This document shows, piece by piece, positions 29,471 to 39,194 of a DNA stretch of 64,000 bases (position 1 is its first letter; each line of letters opens with the position of its first letter). The notes beneath the pieces are model-generated. The model saw only the letters and a list, made by a program, of their open reading frames with translations. It ran no database searches and had not been told where the DNA came from. A program made the position numbers and the translations under genes. This DNA is from Patescibacteria group bacterium (GTDB taxonomy: Bacteria > Patescibacteriota > WWE3 > UBA101185 > UBA10185): contig JBMORU010000001.1 of assembly GCA_049322215.1 (NCBI GenBank), positions 516,023 to 580,022 on the forward strand, given 5' to 3'.

Positions 29471-30535
29471 ATGGCAGCCAAAAACTCAAATACACCGCCC
29501 GACAAAAATAAGAAATTAGCATTAGAATCTGCTTTAAGCCAAATTGAAAAATCGTTTGGTAAGGGATCTATTATGCGTTTGGGAGATGATGCTTCTAACA
29601 AAGATATTTTAGTGATTCCTACAGGTTCTATTGCTTTAGATGTAGCATTAGGTGTTGGTGGTGTACCCAGAGGCAGAATTACAGAAATTTACGGTCCAGA
29701 ATCTTCAGGTAAAACAACAGTAATTCAACACATTATGGCTGAAGCCCAACGTATGGGAGGTACTGCAGCCCTTATAGACGCAGAGCACGCCTTTGACCCT
29801 TTGTATGCAGCAAAAACAGGTGTAAATGTTGACGAATTACTTGTTTCTCAACCCGATACAGGTGAGCAGGCTTTAGATATTGCCGAAACTTTAATAAGGT
29901 CCAATGCTGTAGATGTAGTTGCAATAGACTCTGTCGCAGCGCTTGTTCCTAGAGCAGAAATAGAGGGCGACATTGGTGATAGTTTTATTGCGCTGCAAGC
30001 ACGCTTAATGAGTCAGGCTTTAAGAAGAATTACAGGTGCAGTAAGCAGATCTAACTGTGCCGTTATATTTACTAACCAGCTTAGAATGAAAGTTGGAGTA
30101 ATGTTTGGGAATCCTGAAACAACCCCAGGTGGTCGTGCTTTAAAGTTTTATTCCTCTGTGCGAATGGAAATAAGAAAAATACAGTCACTTAAAAGCGGTG
30201 AAGAGGTAAAGGGAATTAAAGTACGCGTTCGTGTTGTGAAAAATAAAGTAGCTCCTCCCTTTAGAAATGCTGAATTCGATATAATGTTTAACGAAGGTAT
30301 TAGCAAAGAAGGTAATTTGTTAGATGTTGGTGTAGAACTCGATATTATAAAGAAAAGCGGCTCCTGGTATGAGTTTAATGGTGAAAAGTTAGGCCAAGGA
30401 CGTGATGTTGCTAAGCAATCAATAAAAGACAACCCCAAAATTTTTGAAGCAGTAACTAAGCAGGTTCAAGATAAGCTCAAGGATAATCATGCAGTTCCTC
30501 TAGAGATAGGTTCTGATGCAGATAACGAAGATTAA
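29471..30535 (+). CDS. recA: recombinase RecA
   Basis: [33 protein letters not shown]. Confidence 0.99.
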   Translation: MAAKNSNTPPDKNKKLALESALSQIEKSFGKGSIMRLGDDASNKDILVIPTGSIALDVALGVGGVPRGRITEIYGPESSGKTTVIQHIMAEAQRMGGTAALIDAEHAFDPLYAAKTGVNVDELLVSQPDTGEQALDIAETLIRSNAVDVVAIDSVAALVPRAEIEGDIGDSFIALQARLMSQALRRITGAVSRSNCAVIFTNQLRMKVGVMFGNPETTPGGRALKFYSSVRMEIRKIQSLKSGEEVKGIKVRVRVVKNKVAPPFRNAEFDIMFNEGISKEGNLLDVGVELDIIKKSGSWYEFNGEKLGQGRDVAKQSIKDNPKIFEAVTKQVQDKLKDNHAVPLEIGSDADNED

Positions 30536-31160
30536 CAAGCAGAAAAGTCGCAATAGATACAATGTTTTTGTTGACGGCAGCTATTCCTTTTCTGTGTCAG
30601 AGGATACTTTTTCTAAATATTCCTTAAGTAAAGGTTTAGACCTTACTTCTACCTTGTATGCAGAAGTTATTCAGGAGGAATACTATCAAAAACTTAAATT
30701 TAAACTGTTAAATTACTTGTCCAGTAAACCCCGTACAGAAAAAGAAGTGCGAGATAAAGCTATTCATTACTTGTATAAAATGGTGGCTCCTCAAGATAGC
30801 TACGAATCTTTACTTGTACGTGCTTTTCATTTTTTGAATGATCTACATCTTCTTGACGATGAATATTACACTAAAAGGTTTATAGAAGAACATCTAAATT
30901 CTAAAAAATTTCTTAGTAAAAAAGCAATTACTAATAAGCTTTATAAAAGAGGAATTGCTAGGGGTTTGGTGGAAAAGCATATTTCTGTGTATAATGCTGA
31001 CGTTGAGCAAAATAATGCTAATTTATTAGTTAGAAAAAAGCTTAAGAGTATAAAAGACACTGACGTTATGGTGCAAAAACAAAAAATTTGGAGATATATG
31101 TCAGCAAAGGGATACGATTACGATACTATCAACAAGGCAATCAATACAGAGATCAAGTAA
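30516..31160 (+). CDS. recX: RecX regulator
   Basis: Overlaps recA; YLS..PRTEKEV, LDD..Y, L..RGI, KGY repeats. Confidence 0.85.
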   Translation: MQITKINKQKSRNRYNVFVDGSYSFSVSEDTFSKYSLSKGLDLTSTLYAEVIQEEYYQKLKFKLLNYLSSKPRTEKEVRDKAIHYLYKMVAPQDSYESLLVRAFHFLNDLHLLDDEYYTKRFIEEHLNSKKFLSKKAITNKLYKRGIARGLVEKHISVYNADVEQNNANLLVRKKLKSIKDTDVMVQKQKIWRYMSAKGYDYDTINKAINTEIK

Positions 31161-31311
31161 AAAAATGGATTGACAGAGAAACTTTGTATGAAACCAAGTA
31201 ATAGTAAAAGAAAACTAGAATAACCTTTATTTAATCAGGCCTTTGGTCCTGGTGTCTTTGTCTCTTGTTTTAAGTGCTCAACTTTAATCTGAATTAGTTA
31301 TAAGGAGTTAT

Positions 31312-32847
31312 ATGGAACAGATATTAATAACAATAATTACTGTTTTTATGTCTGCTGTTGTTGCAGGCATAGCGATGTATTTAGTAAGTCTAAAAAGAGG
31401 TGATAAATCAGTATCTACAAGAGATTCTATTGCTGATGATAATCCTGAAGTAGTTGATGCAAAGACCAAAGCTAAAGAAATAGTTTTGGAGGCAAAAGAT
31501 TCAGCTCTGCAAATTAAGGCGGAAGCTGAAGAAGATATAAGAAAAAGTCAAAGAGATGTTGTAGAGCTTGAAAAAAAGTTGGAGTCTCGTTTATCGAAAA
31601 TAGAAGATAGAGAACGTGAAATAGATAAGAAAGCAAAAGCTTTAAGGCAAATGAAAGATAAGATTGAATCCAGGGAAGCAAATATAGATAAACTTTACAA
31701 AGAACAGCAAAATAAACTTGAAAAAATTGCTTCTCTTACAAAAAAAGAAGCTAGAGAGCAGCTTTTGATATCATTTGATAACGAACTAACGCAAGAAAAG
31801 GGTCGAAGAATACGTGAAATGGAAGACGAAATTAAGCGGGATATTGATGAAAAAGCTCGTCAAATGATAGTTGATGCTATGCGGTATGGTGCAACCGATA
31901 TTGTAGTCGAATATACTGTGTCTAAAGTAAAGCTTCCTGATGAAGATGTAAAAGGCCGTATAATAGGTAAGGAAGGTCGTAACATAAGAACTTTTGAAGA
32001 ACTTACAGGAGTTGAACTTGAGCTTGATTCTTCACCTGGTGAAGTCATTGTATCTTCCTTTGATCCTGTACGTCGTGAAATTGCAAGATTATCCTTAGAA
32101 AAGCTAATTGCAGATGGACGCATTCAGCCAAGCAGAATTGAGGAAATAGTAAACAAAACTACATCTGAGGTTGAAAGCATAATGTTTAAAGCGGGGGATA
32201 ATTTGTGCCACAGAGTTGGTGTGTATAAATTGCCTAAGGATTTGGTTCAAATGTTAGGGCGCTTTAAATATAGGTTCTCATATGGCCAAAACATGTTAGA
32301 GCATACGCTAGAAGAAACAAGAATTGGTATTGCTCTGGCTAAAGAGCTTGGCGCGGATGCAAATGTAGTTAGAATGGGCTGTTTGTTACATGATATTGGT
32401 AAAATAGTCACCGACGAAGAGGGTTCCCATGTAGACTTGGGTGTTGATTTGCTTAGAAAATACAAGTTACCTAAAAAGGTAATAGACTGTGTTGCAGAAC
32501 ATCATGAAGATCGTCCTTTTAGTTCATTAGAATCAGCTATTGTAGCTTTAGTGGATCATATTAGTGGTGCCCGCCCGGGCGCGCGTGCGGAAGACTACGA
32601 ATCCTATGTAAAGCGTATGAAAGACCTTGAGAGTGCTGCTAAATCTTTTGATGGCGTAGATAAGGCCTATGCAATATCGGCTGGAAGAGAAGTACGTGTT
32701 TTCGTAAAACCAGAAGTTGTAGATGATGCATCTACAGCATTATTAGCTCGAGAAATTGCAAGAAAAATAGAGTTAGAACAAACATATCCGGGAACGGTTA
32801 AAGTAATAGCGATACGTGAAACTAGAGTGGCTGAAACAGCCAAATAG
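31312..32847 (+). CDS. rny: ribonuclease Y
   Basis: N-terminal TM, coiled coil, KH (KGRIIGKEGRNIR), HD (LLHDIGK), SGARPGAR. Confidence 0.97.
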   Translation: MEQILITIITVFMSAVVAGIAMYLVSLKRGDKSVSTRDSIADDNPEVVDAKTKAKEIVLEAKDSALQIKAEAEEDIRKSQRDVVELEKKLESRLSKIEDREREIDKKAKALRQMKDKIESREANIDKLYKEQQNKLEKIASLTKKEAREQLLISFDNELTQEKGRRIREMEDEIKRDIDEKARQMIVDAMRYGATDIVVEYTVSKVKLPDEDVKGRIIGKEGRNIRTFEELTGVELELDSSPGEVIVSSFDPVRREIARLSLEKLIADGRIQPSRIEEIVNKTTSEVESIMFKAGDNLCHRVGVYKLPKDLVQMLGRFKYRFSYGQNMLEHTLEETRIGIALAKELGADANVVRMGCLLHDIGKIVTDEEGSHVDLGVDLLRKYKLPKKVIDCVAEHHEDRPFSSLESAIVALVDHISGARPGARAEDYESYVKRMKDLESAAKSFDGVDKAYAISAGREVRVFVKPEVVDDASTALLAREIARKIELEQTYPGTVKVIAIRETRVAETAK

Positions 32848-32863
32848 GTTACAATAATAATAT

Positions 32864-33076
32864 ATGTTTTATCTATTTGCTGCGCTGTTTTTTATACTTT
32901 TGTTCTATATAGTATCTAAAATACTAAGTTCTATTTTGAAGGGATGTTTAGTTGTGGTACTCTTGCTTGTGGTTACAGTCATAACTGCTATACTATTAAA
33001 ATCTACTAAAGAACCTGTGCGTATATTAAATGTTATGACTATAGATAATTTTAAAGTTATAAGAAACGAGAATTAA
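32864..33076 (+). CDS. small membrane protein
   Basis: Two hydrophobic segments; fills the gap between rny and the YmdB gene. Confidence 0.6.
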   Translation: MFYLFAALFFILLFYIVSKILSSILKGCLVVVLLLVVTVITAILLKSTKEPVRILNVMTIDNFKVIRNEN

Positions 33077-33858
33077 TGAAGTTATTGTTTATAGGGGATA
33101 TTGTAGCAAAACCAGGACGCCAAGTGGTGTCTGCGGTATTGCCAGATATCTTGGCTAGTGATAATATCGACTTGGTTATAGCGAATGCCGAAAACCTAGC
33201 GCATGGACGTGGTGCTACTGAAGAATTAATTATTGAGCTTAAAAATATTGGAATAGATTATTTCACAGGTGGTGATCACATATTTTGGCAAAGAGATTTT
33301 GAAACCGTTATAGATAAACTGCCTGTATTACGCCCCGCAAATTACCCAGATCCGGTTCCGGGAAAAGGGTATAACGTAATTGATTTAGACAATGGAGAAA
33401 AAGTATTGCTAATAAACGTTATGGGCAGAACATCATTTTCGTCAACTAATAGCTATTTAAATGATCCTTTTAGGACAGTAGATACTATTTTAGAAGAAAC
33501 AGCTCCCTTAGATGTGGTCTATAAAATTGTAGACTTTCATGCAGAAGCAACAAGTGAAAAACAAGCTTTAGCTTTTTACCTAGACGGTAGAGTAACAGCA
33601 GTATTTGGTACCCACACACATGTTCCAACATGTGATCAGAGAGTACTTCCAAAAGGAACTTTAGCAGTAACTGACGTAGGTATGTCAGGAAGCATTGATT
33701 CTGTGATTGGCGTTAAAAAAGACATTATTATTGATTTATGTTTATCTGCTCGAAATCAACGTTTTGAGTGGGAAACTTCGGGAGCATTAGCTTTTAGAAG
33801 TGTTTTAATAGATACTGACGGTTTGAGTATTAAAAGAATTGATAAAGAAATTAATTAA
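33076..33858 (+). CDS. ymdB: YmdB-family metallophosphoesterase
   Basis: GDIV..PGR, N.EN, RPANYP, DFHAEATSEK, GTHTHV.T.D, TDVGM.G. Confidence 0.93.
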   Translation: MKLLFIGDIVAKPGRQVVSAVLPDILASDNIDLVIANAENLAHGRGATEELIIELKNIGIDYFTGGDHIFWQRDFETVIDKLPVLRPANYPDPVPGKGYNVIDLDNGEKVLLINVMGRTSFSSTNSYLNDPFRTVDTILEETAPLDVVYKIVDFHAEATSEKQALAFYLDGRVTAVFGTHTHVPTCDQRVLPKGTLAVTDVGMSGSIDSVIGVKKDIIIDLCLSARNQRFEWETSGALAFRSVLIDTDGLSIKRIDKEIN

Positions 33859-33886
33859 GAAACCTTGAAAGGGGGTGCATTAGTAC

Positions 33887-34162
33887 ATGACTAAGCAAGA
33901 TCTAATAAATGCCGTTGCTGATAAGGCCGGCTTAACAAAAGTTGATTCTGGTAAAGCACTAGATGCTTTAGTAGAAGTAATTTCTTCTGCATTAGCAAGA
34001 GGAGAAAAAGTAACTTGGACCGGTTTTGGTACCTTTGAAGTTAGAACAAGAGCCGCAAGAATGGGTAGAAACCCACAAACTGGTGCTCCTCTTCATATAC
34101 CCGCTGGAAAGAGACCTGCTTTCAAAGCTGGTAAAGGTCTAAGAGATGCTGTAGAAGCATAA
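33887..34162 (+). CDS. hup: DNA-binding protein HU
   Basis: MTKQDLI..VA, GFGTF, R.AR.GRNPQTG, PAFKAGK.L. Confidence 0.96.
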   Translation: MTKQDLINAVADKAGLTKVDSGKALDALVEVISSALARGEKVTWTGFGTFEVRTRAARMGRNPQTGAPLHIPAGKRPAFKAGKGLRDAVEA

Positions 34163-34177
34163 ATTTCTTTGACTAAC

Positions 34178-34209
34178 AAAAAAGGGCTGGTTAAAACCAG
34201 CCCTTTTTT
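34178..34209. terminator. bidirectional intrinsic terminator
   Basis: AAAAAAGGGCTGGT-taaa-ACCAGCCCTTTTTT between convergent hup and kinase genes. Confidence 0.9.
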
Positions 34210-34252
34210 ATACTTATCCCCGGGGGTTAAAAAGACATTTTCACAATTCTTT

Positions 34253-35419
34253 TCAATTAGTCACTTTTTTTGTAGGTATAGTAAACCAAAAGGTGCTTCC
34301 TTTACCTTTACCTTCGGAAAACACACCAACACGTCCACCCATGGTTTCTACTATCAATTTAACTATATAAAGCCCAAGTCCTGTCCCGCCTGTTTCAGCT
34401 ACTGTTTGATAAGAGTTATCCAGTCTACCAAATTTATGGAATAGTCTTTTTATTTCGTCTGGAGTTAATCCACTTCCGGTATCTATTACAGAAACCTTAA
34501 TAAATTGATCTTCAGTTTTTTCTGCTTTTACTGTAATTCCTCCTTCAGTAGTAAATTTCAGTGAATTACCTACAAGATTTATTAATACCTCTGTTAATTT
34601 ATTTCTGTCGGAGTATCCAATGTTTACATTTTCATCAATTTCTATATTAAAAAATAATTTCTTTTCTTCTGTTTTGATTCTGAAGTCACTTAAGGCATCG
34701 TTAATTGCCTCAGGTATATTTGTAGCATCTACTTCAATCTCCATACGCCCCTGCTCAATTTTAGATATATTTAACATATCGTTTATTAAGTTCAGCATTC
34801 TTTCTGTACCTCTGGCTGCTTTTTCTATGTATCCTTCTTGTTTTTCTGTTAAAGGCCCTCCTTTTCCTGAGGAAAGCATCCAAAGATAGCTTTTAATTAT
34901 AGACATTGGAGTTCTTAACTCGTGCGATGTTATTGATATAAAATCATCTTTTGTGCGTTCAAGTTCTTTTTCTTTGGTTATGTCAACCATGGTGACTAAA
35001 CATTCTTCATCTTCTACCCCTTCTGTAATTAGTGATGTTTTAACATTTACATAAAATGATTTACCATTAGGATTTTCTAGTACAACACCATCAAGGCTTC
35101 TTTTTTCAAAGTTGTTATTAAAGCAGTACTCCTCAGGTTTTATATAGTTACCATTTTCATATTTCAGTTTTATTATGTCCTGAGCTTTTTTTGTTAAAGC
35201 GTCTGTAACGGCAACGCCAAGCATTTCTTCTATAGTGTGGTTGAATAAAGTTATATTGTAATTTTTGTCTACTGCAAACACTGCTTCGGAAATACCATAC
35301 AGTAATTGTTCTGCCCTTCTTCTTTGGGTAAGAAGTTCCAGATTTTTTTTGTAAATTTCCTCTGTAAGAGTTTGTAAATTATCATTTACAGGAGAAAGTA
35401 TAGTTTCTTTTGCACTCAT
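34253..35419 (-). CDS. cytoplasmic PAS histidine kinase
   Basis: PAS, SHELRTPM, NLVGNSLKFT, DTGSG, GTGLGL; no TM. Confidence 0.94.
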   Translation of the reverse strand: MSAKETILSPVNDNLQTLTEEIYKKNLELLTQRRRAEQLLYGISEAVFAVDKNYNITLFNHTIEEMLGVAVTDALTKKAQDIIKLKYENGNYIKPEEYCFNNNFEKRSLDGVVLENPNGKSFYVNVKTSLITEGVEDEECLVTMVDITKEKELERTKDDFISITSHELRTPMSIIKSYLWMLSSGKGGPLTEKQEGYIEKAARGTERMLNLINDMLNISKIEQGRMEIEVDATNIPEAINDALSDFRIKTEEKKLFFNIEIDENVNIGYSDRNKLTEVLINLVGNSLKFTTEGGITVKAEKTEDQFIKVSVIDTGSGLTPDEIKRLFHKFGRLDNSYQTVAETGGTGLGLYIVKLIVETMGGRVGVFSEGKGKGSTFWFTIPTKKVTN

Positions 35420-35730
35420 TTCTTAAGGGGTTGTATCTGAGGTTTTACGGTGTCAGGTAGGTATGGTTCTATTTCTTCGTAAGGGAATTTTCTCAGTACA
35501 CTTAAACAAACATCTACTGAAGCTTGGCCAAATATTTCTTCATAGGAAGTTAGTAGATTCTCAAGGGCTATTTTAGGTTCTTTTGTGACGTTTACTTCGT
35601 TGGAGTTTTCTTTTGGAAATTGTACGGCGCCTGAGCTAAGGGCGCGAGCGTGAGCCAATCGTTTTCCTATGATTTGGCTTTGTTCTTCTATTATTGTTTG
35701 TATTAGTTTATGTGCTTCCATTGTTACCAC
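35416..35730 (-). CDS. small helical hypothetical protein coupled to the kinase
   Basis: ~100 aa; overlaps upstream membrane gene and has an ATGA overlap with the kinase. Confidence 0.8.
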   Translation of the reverse strand: MVTMEAHKLIQTIIEEQSQIIGKRLAHARALSSGAVQFPKENSNEVNVTKEPKIALENLLTSYEEIFGQASVDVCLSVLRKFPYEEIEPYLPDTVKPQIQPLKK

Positions 35731-36505
35731 TACTGAACTCCTTAAACTTTATTATTCCCCATATGACACAAGAGATGGAAAGGAAAAATATAAAGTCTGC
35801 AAGTATGCCATTAGATACTAAATTCTCAAGTTCTGCTATGGAGTAAGCTATATCTCCTGAATACTGGAGCACTATTCCTAAAAAAATAGCATATATTGCT
35901 GTTCTTAGCTTTCCACCTAATTTACCAATACTTAAAAGTATGGTAAGTACAATCAATATCATAATAGCAGTACTACCAAATGTATATATCAAATCAAAAA
36001 TTACTGATGCATCTAATTCTTCAAATATAGCGGTTTCGCCAAAAAATATTTGATAGTTTAGATATATTGCGAATAGTGGGATTACAAAAAGTAAAAAATA
36101 TGAAGAAGGTTTTTTTAATTTATCAGTTACTCCAGAGTATTTCATAATGGAAAGCATACTTATTGCATAAAGTGGATCTATAAACACGAAGAAGTAATCA
36201 GGTAGTCCGGGAAAGGGAACATCTCCGGTTGTTTGTATGTAATATAGAAACGCGGTTTGACCAAGCACCCACATCAATAGACTTAGAGAAATAAACATAA
36301 TACTTTTACCCACGGCAGATCCCATACCACCCCATTCAGTTGAAGTTTTTATACCTAAGAGTAGCCCAGTCAAAGGTAGTATTGCTAGTAAATAGCCAAA
36401 AATATCAAAGTAAATTGATTCCGTAGGATTAACTATGGAAATAATTATCCAATATGCTATTGAAAATAGTATAAATATCTTTGTTAAAAGTATTAAAACC
36501 TTCAT
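35708..36505 (-). CDS. ~7-TM membrane protein (stand-alone sensor-like domain)
   Basis: About 7 hydrophobic segments; W..GQ, PFPGLPD.F, Q..GD, G..AD motifs typical of membrane sensor domains. Confidence 0.8.
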   Translation of the reverse strand: MKVLILLTKIFILFSIAYWIIISIVNPTESIYFDIFGYLLAILPLTGLLLGIKTSTEWGGMGSAVGKSIMFISLSLLMWVLGQTAFLYYIQTTGDVPFPGLPDYFFVFIDPLYAISMLSIMKYSGVTDKLKKPSSYFLLFVIPLFAIYLNYQIFFGETAIFEELDASVIFDLIYTFGSTAIMILIVLTILLSIGKLGGKLRTAIYAIFLGIVLQYSGDIAYSIAELENLVSNGILADFIFFLSISCVIWGIIKFKEFSSGNNGST

Positions 36506-36594
36506 AATCTTATACTAAAATGTTATAAGACTTTAACCCACACTGTCAACATCTATTTAGAGATGTTGTAACTGTATTGTATACTTCATGAACT

Positions 36595-37467
36595 ATGGAC
36601 TACTTAGCAATTGCAAAAAAATTTACAAATTTAGGTACTGCAAAATCAGTTATTCTTCCTATACCTTATGAAGCTACAGCAAGTTATTTATCGGGCTCCT
36701 CAAAAGGACCCAATTCTATTCTAGAGGCGTCTGCACATGTAGAATTATTTGATGAGCAATTAGGTTATAAACCTCATGTGCATGGTATACACACAGCACC
36801 CCCGTTCTCTTCTTACAGTGCTGACCATGAGATTAACTTAAATATGATTGGGGAATCTTATCTTAAGTATTTCAATATGGGGAAATTTGTGATTGCTCTT
36901 GGAGGTGAACACTCAGTTACTATAGGGATATTGAATGAGATAGCTAAGAAGCATAAGTTTTCTTTAATTCAGTTTGATGCGCATGCTGATCTGCGTAATT
37001 ATTATCAGGGGAGTTATTTTAGTCATGCGTGTGTTGCACGCCGTGCTCTTGATGTTGTTTCTTCCGTGTATCAGCTAGGAATACGTAGTATGAGTGAGCC
37101 AGAGTATAAGTTTCTAAAATCTTCTAAAGGTTCGGATAAAGTTAAGGTAACTTTTGCTCAAGATTTGCAAGAAATTGATACTACAGTTGTTTTGGAGGAA
37201 TTGGTGGATTTCACACTAGATGATGTTTATATAACTTTCGATGTGGATTATTTTTCCAACAATATTGTTTCATCTACAGGTACTCCTGAACCTGGGGGGA
37301 TTGATTGGTTTACAACTATGGAAATTCTGAATGGGATATTTAAAAATAAAAACGTTTTAGGTATAGATGTAGTTGAATTAATAGGGGATACAGATACATA
37401 CTCATCTTTTAATGTGGCATTGTTGATAAGGAAAATGTTAGGTTTTAAGTTTATGCCTAGGCAATAG
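36595..37467 (+). CDS. speB: agmatinase (ureohydrolase family)
   Basis: PYE.T.SY..G...GP, GGEHS, FDAHADLR, SHAC, FDVD, TGTPEPGG. Confidence 0.9.
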   Translation: MDYLAIAKKFTNLGTAKSVILPIPYEATASYLSGSSKGPNSILEASAHVELFDEQLGYKPHVHGIHTAPPFSSYSADHEINLNMIGESYLKYFNMGKFVIALGGEHSVTIGILNEIAKKHKFSLIQFDAHADLRNYYQGSYFSHACVARRALDVVSSVYQLGIRSMSEPEYKFLKSSKGSDKVKVTFAQDLQEIDTTVVLEELVDFTLDDVYITFDVDYFSNNIVSSTGTPEPGGIDWFTTMEILNGIFKNKNVLGIDVVELIGDTDTYSSFNVALLIRKMLGFKFMPRQ

Positions 37468-37480
37468 ATGTTCTTAGGAT

Positions 37481-37882
37481 TTAATATATATTTTCTGCTG
37501 GGTACTTTAAGCCCCTATCCATCTTTATTACACTTACATCTTCTGGTTCAAATATTGCTCTTAAATATTCAACTATTCCTTCAGAAGGAAATTTTTTACA
37601 AGAATATAAGTCAATAGTTACAAAACCTCTTTTTTCGAATGTATGTATACTAATATGAGATTCATGTACCATTAGTATGCCACTGAATCCCCCAGGATCT
37701 TTTCCTCCTAGTGTTTCATTACCCTCTGCTTTAAGCACATAAGGTTCATGGAATTTTCTCATTTCTGCCATTTCAGCAAGCTTATTGAGGACATCAAAGC
37801 ATAACTCCATGTTACCCAGCCTATCGGGATTGCAGCCATATGCATCAAATATTAAATGTTCACCAAATTTAATTTCATTCAT
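37481..37882 (-). CDS. speD: pyruvoyl-dependent SpeD/AdoMetDC-family decarboxylase proenzyme
   Basis: GEHLIFD.YGC, self-cleavage site ESHISIHT, D.YSC; substrate uncertain. Confidence 0.88.
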   Translation of the reverse strand: MNEIKFGEHLIFDAYGCNPDRLGNMELCFDVLNKLAEMAEMRKFHEPYVLKAEGNETLGGKDPGGFSGILMVHESHISIHTFEKRGFVTIDLYSCKKFPSEGIVEYLRAIFEPEDVSVIKMDRGLKYPAENIY

Positions 37883-37930
37883 AGTTGGTTAAGATTTTAA
37901 CATAAAAATCCAAATGCTATAATTTCTTCA

Positions 37931-38908
37931 ATGTCTAACATCAAAGAAAATAACGCAATAGAAAAATACCAATTCATCCATCACTTTTTACCACATCCTA
38001 AACACAAATCAAGAGCAAAGCTATTATCACACAAATCCCTCTTAACTTACATAGTAGTATTAGCAATCGTCTTCACTACTATGAGTATTATACCAGCCCA
38101 GTATCCTGGTGTCCTAGGTTATGCATCTAATATTAATGTTTCTGACTTGTTAAGAGAAACAAATGAAGTGCGTGCTCAACATGGGCTTAATCCCCTAGTT
38201 CTTAACGGACAGCTATCTACAGCTGCACAAAAAAAAGCAGAAGACATGTTTGCTGATGATTACTGGGCACATATAGCTCCTGATGGCCGTGAACCCTGGG
38301 ATTTTATTTTAGACTCCGGTTATGATTACTTATATGCAGGGGAAAATTTAGCTAAAAATTTTAACTCTTCGTCTGCCGTTGTTGATGCCTGGTTTAAATC
38401 ACCTTCACATAGGGAAAACTTGCTAAATTCAAACTATGATGACATAGGTTTTGCGGTAGTTAATGGTGTTTTAGATGGATACGAAACTACTTTAGTAGTT
38501 CAAATGTTTGGGCGTCCTCGTATTCAAGTACCAATTACCAACTCTGGGGATTCAGAGGGTCTTAGTCAAGTACGTTTAATAAATGAGGAATCGTTACCTA
38601 ACGTTATTCCTGTGGGTTCTCCCGCTTCTTTAGAAAATAACGAAACACCTTCTTACTCAGTAGTTCCAATAATGGCTTTTGATACTCAAAATGCTGCAGT
38701 TTTGCCTGCTATTGATGTTGCAATTGCGTATCGATCCATTAGCATAGCCTTTGTATTGTTTTTAATTTTTCTTTTGACTCTAGACGTTTGGTATTCAAAA
38801 AGGCATTCCATACCTAAAATTAATGGCCATACTTTGGTACACTTGACGTTCTTACTAATTACACTTATGGGGGTCTTAATAGCTATGGCTCCGGGAAGGG
38901 TTTTATAA
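37931..38908 (+). CDS. CAP/SCP-domain membrane protein
   Basis: L..TN..R...GL, YWAH..PDG, AGENLA, W..SPSHR.NLL; TM helices at both ends. Confidence 0.9.
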   Translation: MSNIKENNAIEKYQFIHHFLPHPKHKSRAKLLSHKSLLTYIVVLAIVFTTMSIIPAQYPGVLGYASNINVSDLLRETNEVRAQHGLNPLVLNGQLSTAAQKKAEDMFADDYWAHIAPDGREPWDFILDSGYDYLYAGENLAKNFNSSSAVVDAWFKSPSHRENLLNSNYDDIGFAVVNGVLDGYETTLVVQMFGRPRIQVPITNSGDSEGLSQVRLINEESLPNVIPVGSPASLENNETPSYSVVPIMAFDTQNAAVLPAIDVAIAYRSISIAFVLFLIFLLTLDVWYSKRHSIPKINGHTLVHLTFLLITLMGVLIAMAPGRVL

Positions 38909-39163
38909 ATGACACATAAACACTTATCTCATTATATTTTGCTTGTATTAGGCTTAGTGGTTACTATGCTTTTGTTCATTTATTTCAAATACAATCCTGC
39001 TGCACAAACAATAGTTGCTGGAGTAGGGGCTTTGTATTACATTTCATGGGGTTTAATTCATCATGGTATAGAAGGTCGTTTAGATAAAGCAGTATTGCTA
39101 GAATATGTACTATTTGGAATTATAGTGTTTGCTTTAGTGTTTGCTTCTATTTATTTTTTGTAA
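38909..39163 (+). CDS. small 3-TM membrane protein
   Basis: Hydrophobic; Y..WG.IHH and LEY motifs. Confidence 0.7.
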   Translation: MTHKHLSHYILLVLGLVVTMLLFIYFKYNPAAQTIVAGVGALYYISWGLIHHGIEGRLDKAVLLEYVLFGIIVFALVFASIYFL

Positions 39164-39194
39164 TTCTTTGGAATAGTAGTAATATAACTGCGGT

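Noticed and set aside
31161-31311. 150-bp spacer before rny as a 6S RNA or riboswitch
   Set aside because: Only weak AT-rich pairing (ATAAC/GTTAT, TAATCAG/CTGAATTA); the TTGACA at 31170 has no properly spaced -10; no recognisable consensus.
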